Shown here: in pieces, positions 17,846 through 28,252 of the stretch
Numbering within the stretch: position 1 is the stretch's first letter
Layout of the letters: every line of letters begins with the position of its first letter
Virus record (IMG/VR): IMGVR_UViG_3300037155_000096
Reading direction: 5' to 3' (one strand)
Origin: a virus
DNA: 64,000 nt
Program-made: the position numbers and the translations under genes
Notes under the pieces: model-generated
Told to the model about the DNA's origin: nothing
What the model saw: only the letters and a program-made list of their open reading frames with translations
Databases searched by the model: none

Positions 17846-20800
17846 TGGCAGTACTTACACAACAACAACGGAATACATTAGAATCAGCGGTAAAGCAAGC
17901 AAGGAAGATTGCTGAAGTGGGAGCTTTCAATGCCTTACATGGATTGGCTGTAGACAGTAACGATCCATTTGCTCATATGACAAGTGAACAAAGAAACCTT
18001 CGCAATAGTTTATGGGCAAAAGCTAAGCTGTTGGGCGACAAGCCTGATAAACTCGGTAATAGAAGAATCGAACACCTAACATATGAACTTGCATATGAAA
18101 CTTGGCATAAAATGCTATTCGCAAAGTTTCTGGAATCAAATAGTTTGCTGATGCACTCTGATGGAGTTGCAGTAACAATGGAAGATTGTGAAGAGTTGGC
18201 AAGGGACGAAGGCTTTATAGATAAATGGGATGCCGCGGCAAGTTATGCTTCTAAAATGCTACCTGCCATTTTTAGAACAGAAGATCCTCTAATGCAAATG
18301 GCGTTTGCAACAGATGAAAGAATAAAACTCGAAGAAATTATTGATGGGTTAGAAAACCAAATATTTATTGCTGATGATTCTTTGGGTTGGGTATATCAGT
18401 TTTGGCAAAGCGAAGCAAAGGCTGCTATTAATGCCAGTAATGATAAAATTGATGGAGAAAAACTTCCTGCTGTTACACAGTTATTCACAGAACCTTATAT
18501 GGTTCACTTTCTTATTGACAATACATTGGGAGCTTGGTGGGTAAGCCGTAATCCAAACGTAAGGCCACCAGTTAAATTTGAATTCTTAAGATTGTTGGAC
18601 GATGGCACTCCTGCTGCAGGAAAGTTTGATGGATGGCCATCTGTGACAGCTGAAGTAACTTCCTTAGATCCGTGTATGGGATCTGGTCATTTTGTGGTAT
18701 CTCTCTTTAATGTGTTTGCCTCATTGCGCATGCTTGAGGAGGGTATAACTAAAGAGGAAGCAACTGATAAAGTAATTGCAGAAAATTTGCATGGGCTTGA
18801 ATTGGATGCTCGATGTACTCAAATTGCAGCTTTTAATCTGGCTTTAACCGCTTGGAAATTCTGTGGGCATTACAAAGAACTGCCAGAAATGAATCTTGCG
18901 TGTAGTGGAATTTCACCAAAAGGCAAGAAAGAAGATTGGGTAAAGTTAGTCGGTAAAGTTTCTGATCCTGTATTGAAAGCACGAATGGAAAATGGAATGA
19001 AAGTACTTTATGATCATTTCCAGTTAGCACCCGAATTGGGAAGCCTATTAGATCCAACAATAATAAAATCAGATGTATTCATAGCGAACTTTGAGGATCT
19101 TCAACCAATATTGAAAAAGGCATTAATTGAAGAAGAAGACGAAGATCAAATAGAACGAGGTGTAATAGCAGCTGGAATAGCAAAAGCTGGTCAAATTTTA
19201 ACTAATCATTATACTTTACAAATTACCAATGTGCCATATTTGGGAAGTAACAAGATGAGTGCAGATTTATACTCTTATGCAGAAAAGAATTTTCCAAATT
19301 CTAAGTCCGATTTAGCCTGTATCTTCATAGAAAGATGTTTAAAACAATTAAATCCTTCTGGCACATTCTCTTTTGTTACTCCTCAAAATTGGATGCAAAT
19401 TAGAAATTACGAAAAGCTAAGGGGACAGATAATAAATAATTATAACATCGATTTAATCTGTAATTTAGGCAAAAAATCGTTTAGAACTTCGATGTATGAT
19501 TTTAATGTCTGTTTAGTTGAGATTTCCAACTTTTATGAGGATAAGAACATTATTGCTTGCATAAATATCATCGAAAATTCGTTATCGGAAGAAAAACCGA
19601 CATTTATTAAAACAAATACTATTTCAAAAATTAGTCAAAAGGGTTTTTTATCCAATCCTTTGAAAAGAATTTTATTAAGCGAACATTCTGATACAGATTT
19701 GATTTCAAAATTTTATGATGTAGCTAAGGGGAGTGTTTCAGGAGATAAGCATCATTATATTCATAATTTCTGGGAAGTAAATGATCATATAAACCATAAA
19801 TATTGGTTAAATACTCCCACTGAAAAAGATTTCTTTGGTGGGAGAGAATCAATTATATATTGGAATAATTCTAACATATCGAATGAGATAGGATTTGCAC
19901 TCAGAGGAGAAAAGGTTTTTAGTCGACATGGATTTGCAATATCAAAAGTGAATAGAAGAGCTTTTACATTTTATCCGGGTATTTTATTTGACGATAATCT
20001 GGCCGTTATCTGTCCTAAGAATGGAAATAAACTTGAACCTCTTTATGAATTTATTCTCTCAGGTGAATTTAGTGAAGCAATTTCTAAATTGGATTCTAAA
20101 TTAGGGATTACTGCTGGAACTTTTGGACAGGTAAATTTCGATTTAGAGTATTGGCAAAAAATCGCTCAAGAAAAACACCCCAATGGTATCCCCAAACCTT
20201 ACAGCGATGATCCTACACAATGGCTGTTTCATGGACATCCAATAAAATCAACTAGCCCGGTACAAGTTTTTTTAGCTAGAATACTTGGATACAGATGGCC
20301 TGCTGAGGATGATGCTGAAATGGAGTTGGCAGATGAAGCCAGAGAGTTGATAATATCCGTAAAAGCATTTGACCATTTAACGGATGACGATGGTATTTTC
20401 TGTATTCCTTCTGTAAATGCAGAACAAGCCGGCGTAGATAGATTGCGTTCATATTTGCAAGAAGTTTATGCAAGTGAATGGAATAATCAAACCATAATAC
20501 AGTTGTTGGCTAAAGAAGGAGCAACTTCTTCTAATTTAGAAGACTGGCTTCGCAAAGAATTTTTTATTCAACACTGCAAAGTGTTTCAAAATAGGCCATT
20601 CATCTGGCAAATATGGGATGGTCGCAATGATGGCTTTTCAGCATTGGTCAATTACCACAAATTAGATAAAGACAATCTATCAAAACTTATTTATACATAC
20701 TTGGGCGATTGGATAAGGATGTGCGAAGCCAAAAAAAAATCCGGAGAAAGCGGTGCAGAAGGTTTGCTCAGTGCAGCTCTAAAATTAAAAGAGAAACTGG

Positions 20801-21078
20801 AATCAATTCTTGCAGGCGAAAAACCATACGACATTTTTGTGCGTTGGAAACCACTAGAACAACAACCCATCGGTTGGGAACCAGATTTGAATGATGGTGT
20901 TCGTATAAACATCCGTCCGTTTATGGAAGCAGATGTATTACGAAAAAAACCAAACATTAAATGGGGAATAGATAGAGGTAAAAACCCTCTTGGTTCATAT
21001 TGGGGTGAAGTAAGGAATAATGATGAACATTTGAACCTAGAACAAAAACGGGCTGTAAGAGAAAAAGCTAAGAAGTAA
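17845..21078 (+). CDS. pglX: BREX adenine DNA methyltransferase PglX
   Basis: TQLFTEPYMV, motif I DPCMGSGHF, LHGLELD, motif IV variant TNVPY; C-terminal LNDGVRINIRPF. Confidence 0.9.
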   Translation: MAVLTQQQRNTLESAVKQARKIAEVGAFNALHGLAVDSNDPFAHMTSEQRNLRNSLWAKAKLLGDKPDKLGNRRIEHLTYELAYETWHKMLFAKFLESNSLLMHSDGVAVTMEDCEELARDEGFIDKWDAAASYASKMLPAIFRTEDPLMQMAFATDERIKLEEIIDGLENQIFIADDSLGWVYQFWQSEAKAAINASNDKIDGEKLPAVTQLFTEPYMVHFLIDNTLGAWWVSRNPNVRPPVKFEFLRLLDDGTPAAGKFDGWPSVTAEVTSLDPCMGSGHFVVSLFNVFASLRMLEEGITKEEATDKVIAENLHGLELDARCTQIAAFNLALTAWKFCGHYKELPEMNLACSGISPKGKKEDWVKLVGKVSDPVLKARMENGMKVLYDHFQLAPELGSLLDPTIIKSDVFIANFEDLQPILKKALIEEEDEDQIERGVIAAGIAKAGQILTNHYTLQITNVPYLGSNKMSADLYSYAEKNFPNSKSDLACIFIERCLKQLNPSGTFSFVTPQNWMQIRNYEKLRGQIINNYNIDLICNLGKKSFRTSMYDFNVCLVEISNFYEDKNIIACINIIENSLSEEKPTFIKTNTISKISQKGFLSNPLKRILLSEHSDTDLISKFYDVAKGSVSGDKHHYIHNFWEVNDHINHKYWLNTPTEKDFFGGRESIIYWNNSNISNEIGFALRGEKVFSRHGFAISKVNRRAFTFYPGILFDDNLAVICPKNGNKLEPLYEFILSGEFSEAISKLDSKLGITAGTFGQVNFDLEYWQKIAQEKHPNGIPKPYSDDPTQWLFHGHPIKSTSPVQVFLARILGYRWPAEDDAEMELADEARELIISVKAFDHLTDDDGIFCIPSVNAEQAGVDRLRSYLQEVYASEWNNQTIIQLLAKEGATSSNLEDWLRKEFFIQHCKVFQNRPFIWQIWDGRNDGFSALVNYHKLDKDNLSKLIYTYLGDWIRMCEAKKKSGESGAEGLLSAALKLKEKLESILAGEKPYDIFVRWKPLEQQPIGWEPDLNDGVRINIRPFMEADVLRKKPNIKWGIDRGKNPLGSYWGEVRNNDEHLNLEQKRAVREKAKK

Positions 21079-21080
21079 TA

Positions 21081-23396
21081 ATGGTAAAAAGTATCTACGA
21101 TAAAGTTATCCAAGCATTAAAACAGGCCGAAAGCCACAATAGTAATTTGATGGTAAGACCGGAAGTGATTCTCTGGCCCGACCCTGAAAATCAATGGGTG
21201 GATGTGATAGGTATATTGCAGGAAACTATGCCTCAGCTGATCATATACGGCAGCTATGATCCAGTAAAGAAACAAGGCCCTGCTATATGGTTAAAGTGCA
21301 TGATTGCAAAAATGTTACCTGAAGCAGATTGGGATGCAAATGCCGTTCCCATCATTTACCTGCCTGGTGTAGCAAAAACCGATTTACGAAATGTAGAGCA
21401 TGCCGTTTTCAATTTCCAACCGCTTTTGGAGTATCAATACACCGGCACTTTATTCGTACAGGAAAACGGAAGAGAGTGGTCCATTTTGGCGTTTGTTGAA
21501 AATCCCATAAATGGTTTAGGTATTAAAGTTGCTAAAGACAGCTCCACCAAAGAGGCCTTAAAAAAAACACTCCCTACCATATTTCAAGACGGGGAGGTGC
21601 TTTCAAGCAAGACCATCATAGATGCCGATTATTTGAACAATCAACGTATTCCCGACATAATTCCTACTATACTTAAATGGATGTGCAAAGGCGATGCCTT
21701 TTTTCAAAATATGGAAGCCGATAGGAGAGAAGTGTTTATCAATCTATGCAAATCGCAATATGAATTTGAACCTGACTTTAAAAATATAAAAGCCATTGCC
21801 GAAAAACTTGGTTCACAAAAAAACTCCTGGAGATATGTATGGCAATTATATGCTACGGCCCCACATAAATACCCGGAAATAGAAGCCTTGTTACGTTTAG
21901 CCAAACCGGCAGATTTAGGCACAGGTATTTTTGCATTACCTGATGAAAGCTGGCCACAGGTAAATGAACAAAAAGAAGATACATTGGGTCATGCTCTGGT
22001 TAAAACAGCAAAACTAGATGCTACAAAAGCTCTATCTTCTATGAAGGAATTAGAAAATGAACACCGTGAAAGAAGAAACTGGGTTTGGTTTGAATTAGGC
22101 AAGTCACCATTGGCTGATGCTTTGCAATATTTATTTCAAATGGCATCAAAAGCTATGGAAACGTTTTCGTCATCATCCATCGAAGAACTTAAATTCTATT
22201 ACATTACGAATGGCTATACAGTTGATCAAAATATGAGAAAATCTTTGGCAGCTGTAAAAAGTGAAAAAGATAAAAACATAGTAAAATCAATCATCCGGCT
22301 TTTCTACCAACCCTGGCTTGAATCAGTTTCTAATAAGTTTCAAAAACTTATAGAAGCTGATGCATCTGTTTTTACTTCTCAAACGGCAAGTGTAGAAGCT
22401 GAATCATTCATATTGTTTGTAGATGCTTTTAGATATGAGTTAGCAGAAGAGTTCAGTAACCTCTTATCAAAATGTAAATTAAAAATTTCATTGCAAGCCG
22501 GTTGGTCGGCTATACCATCATTAACGCCGACTGCGAAACCTAATGTATCACCGATCGCAAATTCTGTTTCAATACAAAGTAGTATTTCCGAGTTTCGACC
22601 AGAATTGCAGAATGGAAAAGATTTACTAACTAATGTATTTCGGGATACATTAACAGCCAACAATTTTAAGTTTATATCCAATGCAAGTGAAATTCAGGGT
22701 GAAGGAAAATATTGGCAAGAAATAGGTAACATAGATACCAAAGGCCACGAAGAACAAGCTGACATGGTAAAACGCATAGAAGAATTATTTGATCAGGTGC
22801 AAGAAGCTTTAGAACTAGCTTTTGAAAAAGGCATCAAACGTATCAAGATTGTAACAGATCATGGATGGTTGTTGTTGCCTGGAGGCTTACCCAAAACTCA
22901 ACTCAATGCCGGTTTAACTGAAACCCGTTGGGGTCGTTGCGCATTAATTAAAGATGGAGTAAAAACAGATTTACTGCACCTTCCATGGCGTTGGAATCCT
23001 TCTATTTTCATTGCTTATGCGCCTGGTATAACTTTCTTCAAATCGAATCAAGAATATGCTCACGGTGGTATTTCACTGCATGAATGTTTAGTTCCTACAA
23101 TGATTATAGAAAATCCGAATTTGGTGAATATTGTAGCGGAAGTTAAAACTGTAAAATGGGTTAATCTAAAATGTACAGTGCAAACTAGCGATGTGCCTGA
23201 TGGGTACTCCATAGATATTCGAACAAAATACAATGATCCTAAATCCTCCATTCTTCTTTCTAAAAATAAGGCTCTAAAAGGTAATATAGTAACATTGATG
23301 GTGGATGATGCTGCCGAAGCTCAGTCAGCATCTATTGTATTGTTGGATGAAAACGAAAGAATACTAGATAAACAATTAACTACAGTAGGTGGGTAA
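21081..23396 (+). CDS. pglZ: BREX PglZ alkaline-phosphatase-fold protein
   Basis: LFVDAFRYELA, IPSLTPTAK, IVTDHGW, YAHGGISLHEC. Confidence 0.9.
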   Translation: MVKSIYDKVIQALKQAESHNSNLMVRPEVILWPDPENQWVDVIGILQETMPQLIIYGSYDPVKKQGPAIWLKCMIAKMLPEADWDANAVPIIYLPGVAKTDLRNVEHAVFNFQPLLEYQYTGTLFVQENGREWSILAFVENPINGLGIKVAKDSSTKEALKKTLPTIFQDGEVLSSKTIIDADYLNNQRIPDIIPTILKWMCKGDAFFQNMEADRREVFINLCKSQYEFEPDFKNIKAIAEKLGSQKNSWRYVWQLYATAPHKYPEIEALLRLAKPADLGTGIFALPDESWPQVNEQKEDTLGHALVKTAKLDATKALSSMKELENEHRERRNWVWFELGKSPLADALQYLFQMASKAMETFSSSSIEELKFYYITNGYTVDQNMRKSLAAVKSEKDKNIVKSIIRLFYQPWLESVSNKFQKLIEADASVFTSQTASVEAESFILFVDAFRYELAEEFSNLLSKCKLKISLQAGWSAIPSLTPTAKPNVSPIANSVSIQSSISEFRPELQNGKDLLTNVFRDTLTANNFKFISNASEIQGEGKYWQEIGNIDTKGHEEQADMVKRIEELFDQVQEALELAFEKGIKRIKIVTDHGWLLLPGGLPKTQLNAGLTETRWGRCALIKDGVKTDLLHLPWRWNPSIFIAYAPGITFFKSNQEYAHGGISLHECLVPTMIIENPNLVNIVAEVKTVKWVNLKCTVQTSDVPDGYSIDIRTKYNDPKSSILLSKNKALKGNIVTLMVDDAAEAQSASIVLLDENERILDKQLTTVGG

Positions 23397-23408
23397 GAAA
23401 TAAACCTT

Positions 23409-25454
23409 ATGGAATTAGATAAAATAGATCAAATAGCCGCCAATGCCTTCGAAGGCTTTGTAGTTCGAAAAGATTTACTAGAACAGTTTCGCAAAACCTT
23501 TCCTGTACCTACTTATGTAATAGAATTTTTGTTAGGCAGATATTGCGCTACAACAAACGATGCAGAAATTCAGGAAGGTCTAGAGATTGTAAAAAGGCAA
23601 CTTCAAGATAGAACAGTTCGTCCTGGGGAAGAAGAATATTTCAAATCCAGAGCCAGAGAAACAGGCTCTATAAAACTAATTGATATCATTACAGCTAAAC
23701 TGGATACAACCTCTGATAGCTATGTTGCAACTTTACCAAGCTTACAATTAAATAAGGTTCGAATTTCAGCAGAATTAGTAAACACTAACGACAGAATGCT
23801 TACCGGTGGATTTTACGGTGAGATTGAATTGGAATATGATGCTGCTATTGCTCAAGAAAATAACGGGAGACCATTTGGTATCAATAGTATCCGCCCAATT
23901 CAATTATCTCAACGTAATGTTTTGGAAATACTTTACAAAGGCAGAGAACAGTTTACTTTGGAAGAATGGAAAGATTTCCTGATACGCAGTGTTGGTATGG
24001 AACCGTCCACCTTATCTGAAAAGGCAAAGAATGTATTATTTGTCCGAATGATCCCATTTGTAGAACGTAACTATAATTTGATTGAGTTAGGGCCAAGAGG
24101 AACCGGCAAATCTCATCTTTATCAACAAATATCCCCCTACTCCCATTTACTTTCAGGTGGGAAAGCGACTGTTGCTAAAATGTTTGTGAACATGGGCAGC
24201 GGAGAAAGAGGTCTTGTTTGCAAGTATGATGTAGTGTGTTTTGATGAAGTTGCCGGTGTATCTTTCGACCAGAAAGATGGTGTGAACATCATGAAAGGTT
24301 ATATGGAAAGCGGAGAGTTTAGTCGCGGTAAAGAACCTATCCGGGCAGATGGTGGGGTTGTGTTGGTAGGGAATTTTGAAGTAGATGTAGAACACCAACA
24401 AAGAGTCAGTCACTTGTTTGGCCCTTTACCAAAAGAAATGAGAAATGATACTGCCTTTATGGATAGAATACATGCTTTTATTCCTGGATGGGATTTCCCC
24501 AAACTCGACAAAAGCTATTTCACTAATCATTTTGGGTTGGTAAGTGATTTCCTTGCAGAATGTTGGACGAGACTGAGAGATATAAATCGAATAACATCCG
24601 TACTGCCCCGAATCGATTATGGAGGAGCACTGAGTGGCCGAGATACAACAGCAGTAAATAAAACTGTAAATGGATTATTGAAATTAATGCAACCGAATCC
24701 AGAATCTTCAGTTTCAGATGAATTACTTGAATGGGCAATAAAAATTTCCCTGGAGTATCGCAGAAGAGTCAAAGAACAGCAAAAAAGAATAGGTTCGGCT
24801 GAATTCAGGAACACCCACTTTAGTTATAGAATTGGTGAAAATGGGGTTGAAACATTTGTGACCACTCCTGAGATTCATAGTGAAAATACGATTGGCGAAG
24901 ACCCTCTTCCACCGGGACAAATATGGGCGTTAAATGCTGGTGGACAGGAAGAGACTACTGGGTTGTATAAAATTGAAATAAATTTTGGCCCGGGTATGGG
25001 TGTTAAGATATTGAATAAACCTGCTTCACCAAAATTTCAGGAAAGTGTCCGATATGCTGAACAGAATTTATACAGCAAGAGCAAAGAACTTATTGGAGAC
25101 AGAGAAGCCCGGGAACATGAATTTTCGATTCAGCTAAGAGCATTTGATGCTTCCAAAAGTGGTAATGGAATGGGGATGGCAGTTTTAATGGCTATGTGCA
25201 GTGCTGTTTTAGAAAAAAGCACGAGAGGTGGTCTTGTAATCGTGGGTCAGTTGAATTTAGGCGGATCATTAGATATAGTTTATAATGCCGTAAACTTGGC
25301 TGAATTAGCAGTTGAAAAAGGAGCAACAACTTTGTTGATTCCATTGAACGCAAGGAAGCAGCTAAATGACCTTTCGGATGATATGATTACAAAAATAAAT
25401 ATACAGTACTATACTGATTTGAAAGACTGTCTGATAAAATCACTAGTGGACTGA
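23409..25454 (+). CDS. brxL: BREX BrxL (AAA+ with Lon-like C-terminal domain)
   Basis: Walker A LGPRGTGKS, Walker B VCFDEVAG, DTAFMDRIH; Lon-like tail GQLNLGG...KGATTLLIP. Confidence 0.9.
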   Translation: MELDKIDQIAANAFEGFVVRKDLLEQFRKTFPVPTYVIEFLLGRYCATTNDAEIQEGLEIVKRQLQDRTVRPGEEEYFKSRARETGSIKLIDIITAKLDTTSDSYVATLPSLQLNKVRISAELVNTNDRMLTGGFYGEIELEYDAAIAQENNGRPFGINSIRPIQLSQRNVLEILYKGREQFTLEEWKDFLIRSVGMEPSTLSEKAKNVLFVRMIPFVERNYNLIELGPRGTGKSHLYQQISPYSHLLSGGKATVAKMFVNMGSGERGLVCKYDVVCFDEVAGVSFDQKDGVNIMKGYMESGEFSRGKEPIRADGGVVLVGNFEVDVEHQQRVSHLFGPLPKEMRNDTAFMDRIHAFIPGWDFPKLDKSYFTNHFGLVSDFLAECWTRLRDINRITSVLPRIDYGGALSGRDTTAVNKTVNGLLKLMQPNPESSVSDELLEWAIKISLEYRRRVKEQQKRIGSAEFRNTHFSYRIGENGVETFVTTPEIHSENTIGEDPLPPGQIWALNAGGQEETTGLYKIEINFGPGMGVKILNKPASPKFQESVRYAEQNLYSKSKELIGDREAREHEFSIQLRAFDASKSGNGMGMAVLMAMCSAVLEKSTRGGLVIVGQLNLGGSLDIVYNAVNLAELAVEKGATTLLIPLNARKQLNDLSDDMITKINIQYYTDLKDCLIKSLVD

Positions 25455-25525
25455 AGCAAGTAAAAAAAAGTATTTTTTTAGAGTGATAAGACCAATAATA
25501 ACAAAAAAATAATTAAGGTATAAAA

Positions 25526-26620
25526 ATGAAATTAAATGAAATTACTATTGTTTTAGACCAGCTCTTACTTGACCCAAATAATCCAAGATTTGCTGATATA
25601 TCAGATGATACTTTAAATATTCCTCGTGAGAGGTATATAGAAGAAGCAATCCAAAAACAAGCTTATGACAAAATGATGAATCCTAAGTTTGATGTTATTT
25701 CTCTTGCGAACTCAATAATGACTGTAGGCTTCTATCCGGTTGATAAAATAGTTACTTCGAAAATTGATACAAGTAATTATGTTGTTATTGAAGGGAATAG
25801 AAGAACGGCTGCCTTAAAATATATATTAAGGCAGCATGAATTGGGTCAAACTACTCTTAGTGCTGAGGAAATTGCTGATTTATCCAACATCAGTATCATG
25901 GTTGTTGACGAACAAGAAGAACAGCTTGGTTACATTGGTAAAATAATTCAAGGGATTAGAAATGTTAGCGGTATTAAAGAATGGGAGGCATTTCAAAAAG
26001 CACAATTTATTAATGATATGATTGACAAAGGTAAAGAACCTGGAAATATTTCTAAAATGATCGGCATGCAGGTCAAAGAAATAAATAGATACTATAGAAC
26101 TTACCAAGTAATGTTGAATTTTAAAAGAGATGAGGAGTATGGATCAAAATGGAAACCAAATTACTTCAGTTATTTTGATGAAATATTAAAGAAACCAGCC
26201 TTGAGAGAATTTTTAGGTTGGAATCCAGACGATTTTATTTTTGAAAACATTAGTAATCTTAAAAGATTATATGACTGGATCTTACCAGATGATGATAAGA
26301 ATTCAACTATTAATGATGCTAAAGAAGTTCGGAGATTGCCAGAACTTATTTATGATCATACAGCTTTGACATATTTAGACGATAAAAACCTTCAAAAAGC
26401 AATTAATTATATCGAGCAAAAGAACTTTAACACGACTGGAATATCAATTACTGAATGCATATCAAGAATTCATTCGGCTATCGATGGCTTTAAAAATCTG
26501 ATTGCTGAGAGTTTAGAAAATGAAATTAATGATGAAGAAATTGATGAAATTGAAAAGGGGATTAATGATATGAAAACACAATTAAGCCGAGTAAAGACAT
26601 TAAGGACAAATGGACAATAA
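25526..26620 (+). CDS. ParB/sulfiredoxin-fold N-terminal domain protein
   Basis: LLLDPNNPRF and VVIEGNRRTAALK motifs; helical C-terminus. Confidence 0.75.
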   Translation: MKLNEITIVLDQLLLDPNNPRFADISDDTLNIPRERYIEEAIQKQAYDKMMNPKFDVISLANSIMTVGFYPVDKIVTSKIDTSNYVVIEGNRRTAALKYILRQHELGQTTLSAEEIADLSNISIMVVDEQEEQLGYIGKIIQGIRNVSGIKEWEAFQKAQFINDMIDKGKEPGNISKMIGMQVKEINRYYRTYQVMLNFKRDEEYGSKWKPNYFSYFDEILKKPALREFLGWNPDDFIFENISNLKRLYDWILPDDDKNSTINDAKEVRRLPELIYDHTALTYLDDKNLQKAINYIEQKNFNTTGISITECISRIHSAIDGFKNLIAESLENEINDEEIDEIEKGINDMKTQLSRVKTLRTNGQ

Positions 26621-27332
26621 CCTATTTGTAAATATTTTACAAAATACTGATAGAATAGAGACAGAATCTCTGTTAAACAAATATTATCAAATAAAAGGCC
26701 TTAATATTTTTGATTCTGCTGAAATGGCTCAAAATAATTTAAATCAATTTGTTGATGATTGTAATGCAGAAATAAAATACTGCCGAAACAAGAACATACC
26801 TTCTATATTCTTAAATGTAACAAATAATATATTAAATGTTAATCGGGATTATTTTTTAATTATGAATATTAAGGAAGATTTATTAAATCTAACCTGGGAG
26901 CAATTTGAGGATTTTGCATCTATTTATATTGAAAAAACATTTGGAACTTTAGATACATGGGTTTCCCAGCGTACAAGAGATGGTGGTGTGGATTTTACTG
27001 CAAGAATTCCTTTCAAAAGTAATTATTCGCAAAATATTTATGGTTTTATTGAATTTTATGGTCAAGCTAAAAAATATGAAGCAAATGTTGGTCGTGTTGA
27101 AATTGATAAATTTACAGCTTATGCAAATAGACAAAAAAGAGGAAATACATTTCCAGCTCAAATATTTTGTATACTAACTACTTCTGACTTTAATATTGAT
27201 GCCCAAAAAGAAATAAAAGCCAACTCTTTTTTATCCTTTAATGGTTTACAAATGGCCCAATTAATTTATTCTTACCTAAGTAACAACACTGAAAACTTAA
27301 ATCCCTTTGCGCAATTTGGTATATCCTTGTGA
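26610..27332 (+). CDS. Mrr-family (type IV-like) restriction endonuclease domain protein
   Basis: WEQFEDF, RTRDGGVDF, YGQAKKY (D...QxK), VGRVEIDKF, LTTSDF; 11-nt overlap with the ParB-fold gene. Confidence 0.8.
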   Translation: MDNNLFVNILQNTDRIETESLLNKYYQIKGLNIFDSAEMAQNNLNQFVDDCNAEIKYCRNKNIPSIFLNVTNNILNVNRDYFLIMNIKEDLLNLTWEQFEDFASIYIEKTFGTLDTWVSQRTRDGGVDFTARIPFKSNYSQNIYGFIEFYGQAKKYEANVGRVEIDKFTAYANRQKRGNTFPAQIFCILTTSDFNIDAQKEIKANSFLSFNGLQMAQLIYSYLSNNTENLNPFAQFGISL

Positions 27333-27454
27333 ATTTTCCTTTTGGCCTGACTAGGGAATATGCTGGCCATCTACGTTGAATTGAGAAAATTAGAACCCAA
27401 ATGTTATTAAAAATAGCTATTTTAGCATATTAAACTGGTAACTTAGAGACGAAT

Positions 27455-27631
27455 TTGATAATACTTCACAAAATAGATGAATTTATTTGGAATCTTTTCC
27501 CCAGTTCAAAGAAATTCGGAAATGACAAGAATATCCTGATCGAAGAAATTACTGACTATTATTCATACGGACCATACAAACCAAAAGTAACTGCTACGGA
27601 AGATCTAATCAAAATTGAAGTGGAATATTGA
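27455..27631 (+). pseudogene. Short gene fragment (possible N-terminus of a TPR-type protein)
   Basis: LIILHKIDEFIWNLFP...EEITDYYSYGPYKPKVTATEDLIKIEVEY*; looks like real protein and ends abruptly. Family recalled from memory only. Confidence 0.35.
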
Positions 27632-27679
27632 GGATTTAGCTGGATTGTTAGATAACGAATAATGGAAGCGGGGTTTAGT

Positions 27680-28015
27680 TTAAGTTTTTATAATTTCGAT
27701 TAATTTATCAATAACTTCATTTAATTTTCCTTTTGAAATGTTCCCCTTTTTGCTTTGAATAATTTTAGAATGCGCCGTAAAAATTCTATTCGGGCGAATA
27801 AAGGAGTCTACCTTTAGTTTGCCTGCGATAAAATCAGTGTCTGTAAGGGAAATCTTATAAATGTCTTTATTATAATACTGATGGGTTATTTGACATAGTA
27901 TTAAATCATCTCCCTTCAAATTAGTAATGACGAGGGCAGGTCTTAACTTAGTATCGCTTAAATCAGAAAACGGAAATGGTACAGTTACTACGTCTCCCTT
28001 TATAAATCCGCCCAT
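27680..28015 (-). CDS. mazF: PemK/MazF family toxin
   Basis: KGDVVTVPFPFSDLSDTKLRPALVI...CQIT...SFIRPNRIFT. Confidence 0.9.
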   Translation of the reverse strand: MGGFIKGDVVTVPFPFSDLSDTKLRPALVITNLKGDDLILCQITHQYYNKDIYKISLTDTDFIAGKLKVDSFIRPNRIFTAHSKIIQSKKGNISKGKLNEVIDKLIEIIKT

Positions 28016-28251
28016 ACTTCGTCCTCAATGGGGTTGTCCCAATCCCTTTTTAATACATCTTCAGATGCTAACATATTTAAATATGATTCTGAATAAATTA
28101 TATCTGGAGCAACGGGGACAATAACATCCCACAAGGAATTAAATCCTAAATAACAAAACGATGCCTTGGCTTTTATTTCGGGATAATCGAATGGAAATCC
28201 TGAAATAATAGAATTCGTCATTTTATTCGATATTACTATCGTGTCACCCAT
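28000..28251 (-). CDS. Putative antitoxin
   Basis: Directly upstream of and overlapping mazF; acidic C-terminus LASEDVLKRDWDNPIEDEVWADL is typical of PemK-partner antitoxins. Confidence 0.6.
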   Translation of the reverse strand: MGDTIVISNKMTNSIISGFPFDYPEIKAKASFCYLGFNSLWDVIVPVAPDIIYSESYLNMLASEDVLKRDWDNPIEDEVWADL

Positions 28252-28252
28252 A

